A program made the translations under genes and the position numbers. Of a stretch of 32,000 bases of DNA, positions 8,487 to 16,790 are shown piece after piece; the first letter of the stretch is position 1, and the number at the start of each line of letters is the position of its first letter. The notes under the pieces were generated by a model that worked only from the letters and a program-made list of their open reading frames with translations, was not told the origin of the DNA and did no database searches. The DNA is from Candidatus Saccharimonadota bacterium (GTDB lineage: Archaea; Nanohalarchaeota; Nanosalinia; Nanosalinales; Nanosalinaceae): assembly GCA_001761425.1 (NCBI GenBank), contig CP012986.1, positions 240,001 through 272,000 on the forward strand, given 5' to 3'.

Positions 8487-10274
8487 TCATCTTCCACCTC
8501 TTAAATCGACTTCTATACCGGGATCATTCAGTAAATTAATTTTTCCGTCCTCGAACTCCAGGTCGAGGACTTCATCATGGACACGCTTGCCTAGACGTTT
8601 ACCTGTAAAGTTAGAAACAGGATCTACCACGACTTTATCTTTTTTGACGTCTATACCGAGAAGATAGCTGTCCACGACGTGTACGTAGAGGCCTGCGCTC
8701 CAGGCCTGTTCACTGCATCCCAGAAGTTCTCCGTTCTCGGCGTCCACGACTTCTGGGAGTGCTCCGGGCTGGTTCCGGTCTATGAACTGGGTCATCTTCT
8801 TCAGAAAGTTTTTTCCCTGTTTTTCCTGTCCGTAGTTCAGGTTTGCAGCTGCAGCCCACATAGTTGTGAGTCCCCAGACAGATCCGTTGTGGTATCCGTC
8901 TCCCTCGTATCCTGGATCTGTTACTGAGCGTGTTCTGGCTCCGTACGTGGAGGAGAACTCTCCGTTTATCTTCTCAAGGTATCTCTCTGCCTTATCTTCA
9001 TCAACATGTCCGAACATCAGAGGTACAGCAGAGTTTATCGTCTCCGGGACGTCCTCGCCCAGATAATCTATCATGTAGTCCTCTCTTTCAAACTTCTGAA
9101 GGCCTTCAGCCAGTTCCCCGGCCCCGTTTTCTGAGATGCTTGCTGCCTCCAGCCAGAGGCTCTGGATGTCGACGGCCGGACTTCTCTCCAGTGTATCCAT
9201 CCAGGTGGCTGTATCTCCGTGCTGTATGACTCCGTTCTCATCTGTATCAGCTTTCTCCATAAGGCCTTGAACAGCTTCATCTAACTTTTCGCTGATTCTG
9301 TGATGTCTTTTCAGTTTGTCCACAGCTACCGCGAAGAGAGGAAGGGTATCTGCCCGCTCCATCTCGTCTCCTTCTCCGTTTTCAAGGCCGATCTTCGAGT
9401 CAAGGCCTTTATCTACGAAGTTCTCCAGTATTTCTTCAGCGAGTTCGAAGTGTCCTGCGTCTATGAGGCCTAGAACTGTCCAGAAACTGTCTCTCGCCCA
9501 GTAATCCTGGAACCATGGGTGTCCTGCGATTATGCCTGTTCCCTCTCTGTCGTATACCAGGTTTTCCATGCTTTCTATGCTGTAATTAAAGGTTCTGCCC
9601 AGTTCCTGGTTCCTCAGTTCCTGACTCTGTTTTTCCAGTGATTTGAAACTGGCTTCAGAGGTTAGAAACTCCGTTTTGATGGTTTCTCTACTTTCCGGAG
9701 CTACTTCCTTTCTGAAAATTATTTTACCTGGGATAAAGCATTTCTGCCTCTCTCCGGGATAATGTTGTTTGGTGAAGGCCTCTCCATGTCTTTCAAATTT
9801 GTCTTCGCTCCGTAAAACCAGCTTTTTCCCGTTGGAAATAATTTTCAGGCGTTTATCCTTTTCTTCCAGGCTGTAATTATCTTCTGAAATATCCTGGTCT
9901 TTCTTCCTGATGTCGATACCTGTCTCCATGATGGCGTGGACTGCCTTTCTTTCCCTATCCTTGTTTCTTATCCTCAGCTCTACTTCAAGGCCTGGGACTT
10001 TATCAGGGGTTTTTACATGCTCTTCGACTGCGAGGCTTCCGGTCTCATGGTAGTAAACTATTTTATCTCCGTACTCAACGCCTTGAAGTGTATCTGGGTT
10101 CAGCCAGATGCCGTTCACTTTGAAACTGAAATAATCCAGGTACTTGTAAGGTGGGGTCCAGTAGCCGGACCATTTCGACTTGAAGCCGCCGTCCAGATGT
10201 CTATTGAGAAATCCGTGGGGGTTCGAGATAACTCCTTTTCTCTCTGACAGGTTTTCGTTAAGATTATACTTCAT
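8487..10274 (-). CDS. glycogen debranching enzyme / amylo-alpha-1,6-glucosidase family (GDE_C-type (alpha/alpha)6 barrel)
   Basis: Motifs IIAGHPWFQDYWARDSFW and GSVWGLTT...EQAWSAG are typical of archaeal GDE_C proteins. The ORF track starts at TTG 10286. I chose ATG 10274 (MKYNLNEN...) because the TATA box at 10299-10307 predicts a TSS near 10277. Confidence 0.8.
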   Translation of the reverse strand: MKYNLNENLSERKGVISNPHGFLNRHLDGGFKSKWSGYWTPPYKYLDYFSFKVNGIWLNPDTLQGVEYGDKIVYYHETGSLAVEEHVKTPDKVPGLEVELRIRNKDRERKAVHAIMETGIDIRKKDQDISEDNYSLEEKDKRLKIISNGKKLVLRSEDKFERHGEAFTKQHYPGERQKCFIPGKIIFRKEVAPESRETIKTEFLTSEASFKSLEKQSQELRNQELGRTFNYSIESMENLVYDREGTGIIAGHPWFQDYWARDSFWTVLGLIDAGHFELAEEILENFVDKGLDSKIGLENGEGDEMERADTLPLFAVAVDKLKRHHRISEKLDEAVQGLMEKADTDENGVIQHGDTATWMDTLERSPAVDIQSLWLEAASISENGAGELAEGLQKFEREDYMIDYLGEDVPETINSAVPLMFGHVDEDKAERYLEKINGEFSSTYGARTRSVTDPGYEGDGYHNGSVWGLTTMWAAAANLNYGQEKQGKNFLKKMTQFIDRNQPGALPEVVDAENGELLGCSEQAWSAGLYVHVVDSYLLGIDVKKDKVVVDPVSNFTGKRLGKRVHDEVLDLEFEDGKINLLNDPGIEVDLRGGR

Positions 10275-10290
10275 ATTAACCATCAAGGCC

Positions 10291-10298
10291 CTGCGCAG
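10291..10298. promoter_or_regulatory. perfect 8-bp palindrome CTGCGCAG between the debranching-enzyme TATA box and its predicted TSS (candidate operator)
   Basis: Read directly from the sequence. The position is downstream of the TATA, which is the classic archaeal repressor location. Confidence 0.3.
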
Positions 10299-10307
10299 GT
10301 ATAAAAC
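10299..10307 (-). promoter_or_regulatory. TATA box (GTTTTATAC on the minus strand) for the GDE-TPI-ADP-PFK/GK operon
   Basis: It has the same core (TTTTATAC) as the oppositely oriented box at 10351-10359 and is centred about 29 nt upstream of the ATG at 10274. Confidence 0.5.
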
Positions 10308-10350
10308 CTGTATTTTGACTTTGAGGTAGTAATCTCTGTCTCTGATACCG

Positions 10351-10359
10351 TTTTTATAC
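10351..10359 (+). promoter_or_regulatory. TATA box (TTTTTATAC) for the glycogen synthase-PGI-GT operon
   Basis: Centred 26 nt upstream of the ATG at 10381 (leaderless spacing). Confidence 0.5.
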
Positions 10360-10380
10360 GAGCATTACTTAATGTAAAAT

Positions 10381-12135
10381 ATGGCTCCAGATAACCTGGT
10401 GGAGGTTTCTTTCGAAGTTGCAAACAAGGTCGGAGGAATTTACCAGGTGTTGAAATCCAAAGCCTCGAAGATGGAGGACTTCTACGATGACCATTACCTG
10501 ACAGTGGGGCCTTACGATGAGGAATCGGCGAGAAGTGACTTTGCACCCAGAAAAGATCATCCATATGAGGAAGTATTCGAGGACCTGCGTGAGAAAGGTA
10601 TTGAATGCTATTACGGTGTCTGGACGGTCTCAGATTCTCCTAAATGTATACTTGTAGATGCTTCAGGCCTTGAAAGGGATATAGATGATATCAAGACGGA
10701 GATGTGGCAGAAATATGATATAGATTCTTTGGAGACGGGTAGAGACTTTGAAGAACCTGTCAAATGGAGCTATGCGGTAGGCCTTCTTATCGACAGGCTT
10801 GAAGATGAGAAGCTGGAAGGTGATACGGTTGTGCATCTCCATGAATGGCTTTCAGGGCCTGCGATGTTCAATTTTGATTCTCCTGCGGTTTTTACCACTC
10901 ATGCGACAGTGCTGGGCCGTGCTCTTTCTAACTCTGATTTTGGCTTGAGGGGAGCTGTCGAACATGGTAATGTCGATGGTTCTCTGGCCGAGGACTACGG
11001 CGTGAAAGCAAAGCATCAGATGGAACAGACCGCTGCGGAGCTGTCCGATGTCTTCACAACCGTCAGTAAAAATACTGGTAAAGAGGCGGAGGCCGTGCTT
11101 AACGTGAAGCCGGATAAGATTCTTCCGAACGGTTTCAACGTGGATGAGTACCCGAGCCTGGAGGAATTATCCTACAACCACAAGAAAAAGAAGGAGGAGT
11201 TCAAGAGCTTCCTACAGGCCTACTTCGAACCTTACTACGATGTGAACCTGGAGGATGATCCCAGGATACTCTATACATCAGGGAGATATGAGTTCCACAA
11301 CAAAGGCCTTGACCTGCTTATAGATTCCCTTTCCAGGGTTAACCAGATGGAAGGAGATGATTTCTTCGTTTTCTTCTTCGTCCCTGCAGATGTTAAAGGG
11401 GAGAAACTCGAGGTTCTGGAAAATATTTCGCTGTACGAGGAGCTGGAGCATTACGTAGATTCAGTTATGCCCCAGATAAGAGAGAACGTACTGAACTCGA
11501 TCACATCAGGTGAAGAGCCTTCAGCAGGCGTCGAAGACCTGCTCAAAGACTCTGGAAAGCTGGAATCTCTAGAAGCAAACTTCCACACCAAGAAAGATAA
11601 GACACCGCCTCTCTCAGCCTTTGACCTCAACTACGACAACGATGAGATACTTGAAGCCCTGTGGGAGAAAGGCCTCAGGAACAGGGAGGGAGACCGTGTA
11701 AAAGTCATATTCTACCCGACATATCTTTCAGTCGGCGATAAACTGCTTTCAATGGATTATAACGATGCTATAGTCGCATCCAGCGCGGGAATATTCCCCT
11801 CGTACTATGAGCCGTGGGGATACACGCCTGTAGAGACAGCAGCCAACGGATCGCTCGCCGTAACGACAGACCTGGCAGGTTTCGGCCAGTACCTCAACGA
11901 GAACACCGGAAGCAATGAGAGGAAAGGAATCAAGGTTCTTGAAAGACATAATAGAGAACAGAGCCAGGCAGCAGAGGATCTGGCATACATGATAAATGAT
12001 ATCGTAAGCTACTCAAAAACAGAGATTACAGAAAGAAAACACAACGCCAGAAAACTTGCACAGATGACATCATGGGAAAAACTCGGAGAAAACTACAGAG
12101 AGGCCCATGAAAAGGCCCTGGAGGAATCAAAATGA
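10381..12135 (+). CDS. glycogen synthase, eukaryote-type (CAZy GT3-like)
   Basis: Several blocks match animal/fungal glycogen synthase hallmark blocks as I remember them: FEVANKVGGIYQVLKSKA, HLHEWLSGPA, FTTHATVLGR, PNGFNV and FPSYYEPWGYTPVE. Confidence 0.85.
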   Translation: MAPDNLVEVSFEVANKVGGIYQVLKSKASKMEDFYDDHYLTVGPYDEESARSDFAPRKDHPYEEVFEDLREKGIECYYGVWTVSDSPKCILVDASGLERDIDDIKTEMWQKYDIDSLETGRDFEEPVKWSYAVGLLIDRLEDEKLEGDTVVHLHEWLSGPAMFNFDSPAVFTTHATVLGRALSNSDFGLRGAVEHGNVDGSLAEDYGVKAKHQMEQTAAELSDVFTTVSKNTGKEAEAVLNVKPDKILPNGFNVDEYPSLEELSYNHKKKKEEFKSFLQAYFEPYYDVNLEDDPRILYTSGRYEFHNKGLDLLIDSLSRVNQMEGDDFFVFFFVPADVKGEKLEVLENISLYEELEHYVDSVMPQIRENVLNSITSGEEPSAGVEDLLKDSGKLESLEANFHTKKDKTPPLSAFDLNYDNDEILEALWEKGLRNREGDRVKVIFYPTYLSVGDKLLSMDYNDAIVASSAGIFPSYYEPWGYTPVETAANGSLAVTTDLAGFGQYLNENTGSNERKGIKVLERHNREQSQAAEDLAYMINDIVSYSKTEITERKHNARKLAQMTSWEKLGENYREAHEKALEESK

Positions 12136-13292
12136 GCTTTGAGATACAGACAGCCAATATGGATACGAAGGGAAGAGAGATAGCCCAGAAACAGACACCG
12201 CAATTTGCAGAATACTCTCCAGATCTTGAGAAAATAAAGGAAAAGGCCTCTCAGAAAGAATTTGATAACCTGATCGTGATAGGTAACGGAGGATCTATAA
12301 CAAGTTTCAGGGCCTACCTCTATGCTTTCCTCTCTGAAATAGATAAAGACGTCCGTTTAGTCACTACGATGGATCCTGATTACCTGAATAGGCTATCAAG
12401 AGAACTTGAAGCGGAAAATACTCTTGTAGTCCCTGTAAGTAAGTCTGGAGAGACAGTCGGCGTACTAGAGGCCTTAATGTTTTTCATGGAGAAAGGCTAC
12501 GAGATTTTCCCTGTAACTTCAGACAATGACGGTGCCTTGAAGAGTATTGTGGAGAGAGAAGGCCTTGACTGGGTTGAGCACCCTGAGATAGGAGGAAGGT
12601 TCACTGGAGCGGCTGAAACCGCGCTTGTTCCAGCAGCTCTGGCAGGTATGGATGTAGATGAGATCCGATCCGGTGCAGAGGATATGTATGAGAAGCTTGA
12701 GCCTGGAAAGGAGAACGCTGCATGTGATCTGGCCGAAAAATTGTTTGAAGCAGAGGAAAACGGTTTTACTGATATTTTAACGCCTTTCTATTCGACGAGG
12801 ATGTTCGGGTTCTATCCTCTATTCGTACAGCTGATGCATGAGACCGTGTGTAAAGAAGGCGAAGGTCAGACAGTTTACGGCGATTTAGGTCCCGAGTACC
12901 AGCATCATACCAATCAGAGAATGTTCGGAGGGAAAGAAAATATTGTCCCACTTTTCTTCAGGACAGAGACACATGAACACGCACAGATAACGATTCCTGA
13001 AGGCCTGAAAGACGTAAAGGTTAGAGGGAGGGAACTTGGAGAGCTTGAGAGAAACAGTTACTCCAGGGCCCTGAAATCAGAGTATACAGGAGTTAAACAT
13101 GCTTTAGGCAACGATGGGAGGCCTTACGCTACACTTACTTTAGAGGAGCTTTCCTATAGTTCTGGTGGCGAGCTGGTTGCTTTTATGCAGTACCTGGCAG
13201 TTTACTCTGCCTGGTTCCGTGGAGTTAACCCGTTTAATCAGCCTGACGTGGAGAAAAGCAAACAGATCGGTTTTGAGGAGAGGTTCAAGTAG
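12132..13292 (+). CDS. pgi: glucose-6-phosphate isomerase (short PGI, SIS-domain type)
   Basis: Motifs IGNGGSITS, SKSGETVGVLEA, IGGRFTGAAETALVPAALAG and EYQHHTNQRMFGG. The start forms an ATGA overlap with the glycogen synthase stop. Confidence 0.85.
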   Translation: MSFEIQTANMDTKGREIAQKQTPQFAEYSPDLEKIKEKASQKEFDNLIVIGNGGSITSFRAYLYAFLSEIDKDVRLVTTMDPDYLNRLSRELEAENTLVVPVSKSGETVGVLEALMFFMEKGYEIFPVTSDNDGALKSIVEREGLDWVEHPEIGGRFTGAAETALVPAALAGMDVDEIRSGAEDMYEKLEPGKENAACDLAEKLFEAEENGFTDILTPFYSTRMFGFYPLFVQLMHETVCKEGEGQTVYGDLGPEYQHHTNQRMFGGKENIVPLFFRTETHEHAQITIPEGLKDVKVRGRELGELERNSYSRALKSEYTGVKHALGNDGRPYATLTLEELSYSSGGELVAFMQYLAVYSAWFRGVNPFNQPDVEKSKQIGFEERFK

Positions 13293-13895
13293 ATGAATGT
13301 GGTGTTGATTTCTAAGCAGTTCAGTGACGGCGAAGCTATTTCCGAGTATATCAAGACTATCGCAGAGTACCTGGTCGATGAAGGCCTTGATGTAACGATT
13401 GTGTCATTTGATGACGGTTCTTACTACAGTATAGATGATAGGGTTGATGTTCTGAGAGCTCCTCTTGATTTTGAGGGTGATAACCTGTATAACTGGTCGA
13501 TGATGATGAATAATGAGCTGAAGGAACAGGTTATGCAGAACGTTGGGGATGAAGTCGATGTTATACATGCTAATGACTGGACAACTGTTCCTGGAGGTGT
13601 GGCTCTGGCGAAGAAGCTGGAGAAGCCTCTCGTCTTGACCTATCACTCGACGGAGAATGAGCGAGGTTTTCAGGGTGAGCATGCGGAGATGATCTCTGAG
13701 CTTGAGTGGAAGGGTACATATGAGGCAGATCAGATTCTTACGACAAAAGAAGATACCAAGAACTCGGTCCTGTTCGATCTTGATGCGCCGGATGGAAAAG
13801 TGGAGGTAGTCGATCCTTTCGAGGATGCATGGCCGGAAAGAGTTTTAAACAAATACAGAGAACTTGTTAAACAGGAGAAAAAAGTAGAAACCTGA
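13293..13895 (+). CDS. stand-alone GT-B N-terminal (acceptor) domain protein, paralog of the N-terminal half of the downstream GT4
   Basis: 200 aa. It is collinear with residues ~1-190 of the 13906 gene: DVIHANDWTTVPGG...LVLTYHSTENERG...LEWKGTYEADQILT versus DLVHAHDWMAVSGA...MVFTVHSTQKGRDG...LEWYGTYEADEVIT. It lacks the N-terminal EYPP..GG loop and the entire C-terminal nucleotide-sugar-binding domain. The ATG directly abuts the PGI stop. Confidence 0.7.
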   Translation: MNVVLISKQFSDGEAISEYIKTIAEYLVDEGLDVTIVSFDDGSYYSIDDRVDVLRAPLDFEGDNLYNWSMMMNNELKEQVMQNVGDEVDVIHANDWTTVPGGVALAKKLEKPLVLTYHSTENERGFQGEHAEMISELEWKGTYEADQILTTKEDTKNSVLFDLDAPDGKVEVVDPFEDAWPERVLNKYRELVKQEKKVET

Positions 13896-13905
13896 ATGAT
13901 CGACG

Positions 13906-15051
13906 ATGAGGCCTTTATTTATAACCTGGGAGTATCCGCCTTACAAGGCCGGAGGTATAGCCGCGCACTGTGAAGATCTTGCTACGACCATGGCTGCCCA
14001 GGGACATGAGCCAGTTGTCATAACGTATGGAGATGAGAGAACCTGTGAAGTGAGGGATGGAGTACAAATTCAGAGAGTTCCGTCCACAGATTTTGCCACG
14101 AACACTCTTTCCTGGGCCATGCATCTCGGCCATGAGATGGAGAAGAAAGCTATTGAACTGCATAAACAGAATAACTTTGATCTGGTTCATGCACATGACT
14201 GGATGGCAGTTTCAGGTGCTACAGGCATAAAGAAGACTCTAGATCTTCCTATGGTTTTTACAGTTCATTCTACTCAGAAAGGAAGAGATGGAATAGGCTC
14301 TGAGTACCAGAAAACGATACACGATCTGGAATGGTATGGAACGTATGAAGCCGACGAGGTCATCACAGTAGGAAGAGAATTCTCAGAAGAGGTTAAACAT
14401 ACCTACGAGGTACCGGAGAACAAAATAAACTATATACCGAACGGCGTTGACCTGGAAAGATTTGACAGCCACTCAAAAGATCTCAACCGTAGAAACTACG
14501 CACTGGACTGGGAAAACATAGTACTGTTCGTCGGCCGCATGTACCCACAGAAAGGCCCGGGACACCTCATCGAAGCCATGCCACACATCCTGGATCAACA
14601 GCCAGAAGCCAAATTCGTGATGTGCGGATCAGGAGCCACAGAACACTACAAATCCATCGCGAAGAGCCAGGTCGGCGACAAAGTACACTTCCCAGGCTAC
14701 GTATCTGACAACGAACTCATGTCACTCATGAAAGAAGCAGCCATGACAGTCGCACCATCAGTATACGAACCATTCGGAATAGTCCCACTAGAAGCTGCAG
14801 CATCAGAAACAATGACAGTAGGAAGCTACACAGGAGGAATGAAAGACACAATAGTACATGAATACACAGGCCTTCACACATACCCGGCCGATCCAGGATC
14901 AATAACTGACCAGGTATCCAGAGGCCTTGAAGATCCCGGATGGGCTGACTGGATGGGAGACAACGCACGTGAACGCGTAGAAGACAATTTCCGCTGGGAA
15001 CAGATCTCCGCATGGACCACAGGAATCTACAACCAGGCCCTCGAAGAATAA
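13906..15051 (+). CDS. GT-B glycosyltransferase, GT4-like (glucan/maltose-1-phosphate synthase-like)
   Basis: N-terminal WEYPPYKAGGIAAH loop, HAHDW, and a C-terminal E-x7-E region (YEPFGIVPLEAAAS). Confidence 0.8.
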   Translation: MRPLFITWEYPPYKAGGIAAHCEDLATTMAAQGHEPVVITYGDERTCEVRDGVQIQRVPSTDFATNTLSWAMHLGHEMEKKAIELHKQNNFDLVHAHDWMAVSGATGIKKTLDLPMVFTVHSTQKGRDGIGSEYQKTIHDLEWYGTYEADEVITVGREFSEEVKHTYEVPENKINYIPNGVDLERFDSHSKDLNRRNYALDWENIVLFVGRMYPQKGPGHLIEAMPHILDQQPEAKFVMCGSGATEHYKSIAKSQVGDKVHFPGYVSDNELMSLMKEAAMTVAPSVYEPFGIVPLEAAASETMTVGSYTGGMKDTIVHEYTGLHTYPADPGSITDQVSRGLEDPGWADWMGDNARERVEDNFRWEQISAWTTGIYNQALEE

Positions 15052-15088
15052 GGCCTCAGATCTTCCACAAAGTCTACGTTTAAAGCTC

Positions 15089-15094
15089 AAAAAA
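15089..15094 (-). terminator. oligo-T (T6 on the minus strand) 18 nt downstream of the alpha/beta hydrolase stop
   Basis: GAGTTTTTTGAG on the minus strand, in the convergent gap 15052-15111. Confidence 0.35.
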
Positions 15095-15111
15095 CTCGGA
15101 GTAGTAGCTGC

Positions 15112-15816
15112 CTAGAGCTGGCGGAGCCAGGCAAACATCATATCCCTCAACTTTTTCTCTCCTTCATCGCTCATGGAATGCTTCTCCCCCTCCAGTTTCT
15201 GAAGTAAAACATCGGTCTCAAAGGCCTCGGCAACTTCAGCAGAGTTCTCGAAATGGACTGTGGTGTCTGCTCCTCCATGGAATATAGCAACCGGAGCATC
15301 AAGGCCTGAAGCAACTTTTTCAAAGCTGTAAGTATCGAAATCTTCGAAGAAACGCCTGTCAATCGTTTTATCGCCGAAATGAGTATAACTGCCTTTCTCC
15401 TCCACTACTTCCCGGAACTTATCCATTATATGACTGTAGGTTACAGGAGACTTCAGGATCAAGGCCTCAACTTCCAGATCTTCTGTAGCATGTAAAACGA
15501 CTTTGCCTCCAAAGCTCATGCCGAACAGGTAGATATTTTCTGGGTTAAAAAAGTCTATACAGGCCTTTAAATCCTTTATACGTGAGCTGAGATCCTGGTC
15601 TATGAACTCGCCGTCGCTCTCGCCGTTTCCCCTGAAGTCAAGTCTGACGGCGTTGAATCCTTCTTTTACAGCTCTTTCAGACCTCTCCTCGTAGCTCCCT
15701 TCCTTGTCGCTTCCGTATCCGTGACAGAAAAAGACCCAGTTATCAGAATCAGCTTCGTGATGTACTGCAGAGATTTCCTCGCCGTCTTCAACCTCGATAA
15801 AATTTTTCTCCGTCAT
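15112..15816 (-). CDS. alpha/beta-fold hydrolase (serine hydrolase), copy 1
   Basis: Oxyanion region FFCHGYGS, nucleophile elbow GMSFGG, FHGGADTTV (Asp) and EKHSM (His). Paralog of the 19499-20275 gene. Confidence 0.75.
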   Translation of the reverse strand: MTEKNFIEVEDGEEISAVHHEADSDNWVFFCHGYGSDKEGSYEERSERAVKEGFNAVRLDFRGNGESDGEFIDQDLSSRIKDLKACIDFFNPENIYLFGMSFGGKVVLHATEDLEVEALILKSPVTYSHIMDKFREVVEEKGSYTHFGDKTIDRRFFEDFDTYSFEKVASGLDAPVAIFHGGADTTVHFENSAEVAEAFETDVLLQKLEGEKHSMSDEGEKKLRDMMFAWLRQL

Positions 15817-15841
15817 AACAGTTTATCGGACCTCGCTGTTT

Positions 15842-16783
15842 TTATCCTGAAAGGCCTCCATGCAGATCCTCCAGCTGGCCGATCCTATCCTCAAAAATAC
15901 CTCTCATTTTTTTCTCATCGCCTACTCCTCTCTCGATTCTTTTCACAGCCCATACAGCATCGTTAAACGCCAGGAACTTTCTGTACCGTTCACGGTTCTC
16001 CTCGAACTCTTCACCCAGTTCACGGTGCTTCCTGTACTCCTCAAGAAAGAGTTCACGCTGACCCATAGAAAGGCCTTCATGCTCGAAGAAATAGACAATG
16101 TCATGCCCCGGATAACCTGCTGTAAAGTACTCCCAGTCCACGAAAAAAATCTTCTCACCTGATCTACGGACGTTAAACCCTAGATCGCCGTGAACAGGCC
16201 TCTGACTGACTTTTATATCAGGAACGTCCTCGAAAAGCTGTTCCTGTTTCTCGTAGGCTTTTTCCACGCGTTCATCCGTTTCCTCAGCAATCTCCAGGTA
16301 TTCTCTGTAAGGCCTTTCTGACCATTTTTTGTATTCTGTGGCGTAGATCTCTCTTAGTGAGGCCTTATCTTCTTTCTCTGTGTTAAAGAAGTTGTTGTAT
16401 TTTTTGATCGGTGTCAGGTGTATTTCTGCGAGCAGTTTTGCTGATTTTCTGAGCTCTTCATCGGTGAAATCTCCTTTTTCCAGGTCTTCATTTCCTACGT
16501 ATGTTTCTATCAGCACTGCGCCTATCTCTGTTTCTCCGAACCATTCTTTTTCCGGTATTTCTTTTACCCCGTTTTCTTCAAGGAATTCCAGGGCCTTTCC
16601 TTCTTCCTGGAGTCTTGATCGTCTTGAAACGTTTTTTGATACTCGTAGAACGTATTTTTCTCCTCTGGACTTGATTATGAAGTTGTGGTTGGATTCTCCG
16701 GATTTTCTGTCAGTTAGTTCGAATTCTTTGCCGAGAAGCATCTTGTTGTTTTTCAGAAAGGCCTTTATCCTGGTTTTTTCCAC
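15842..16783 (-). CDS. APH/choline-kinase-like phosphotransferase (small-molecule kinase, substrate unknown)
   Basis: Catalytic loop PVHGDLGFNVRR and metal-binding FVDWEY...GYPGHDIVYFF, with a Lys-containing N-lobe (YVLRVSK). The start is GTG 16783, 7 nt after the GH57 stop. ATG 16741 is an alternative. Confidence 0.7.
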   Translation of the reverse strand: MEKTRIKAFLKNNKMLLGKEFELTDRKSGESNHNFIIKSRGEKYVLRVSKNVSRRSRLQEEGKALEFLEENGVKEIPEKEWFGETEIGAVLIETYVGNEDLEKGDFTDEELRKSAKLLAEIHLTPIKKYNNFFNTEKEDKASLREIYATEYKKWSERPYREYLEIAEETDERVEKAYEKQEQLFEDVPDIKVSQRPVHGDLGFNVRRSGEKIFFVDWEYFTAGYPGHDIVYFFEHEGLSMGQRELFLEEYRKHRELGEEFEENRERYRKFLAFNDAVWAVKRIERGVGDEKKMRGIFEDRIGQLEDLHGGLSG

Positions 16784-16790
16784 GTTTACT

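Noticed and set aside
10283-10564. 93-aa and 63-aa minus-strand ORFs spanning the divergent promoter and the 5' end of the glycogen synthase gene.
   Set aside because: They overlap the strongly supported GT3 synthase CDS and both TATA boxes. They have Pro/Arg/Ser-rich non-acidic composition and no start-site geometry.
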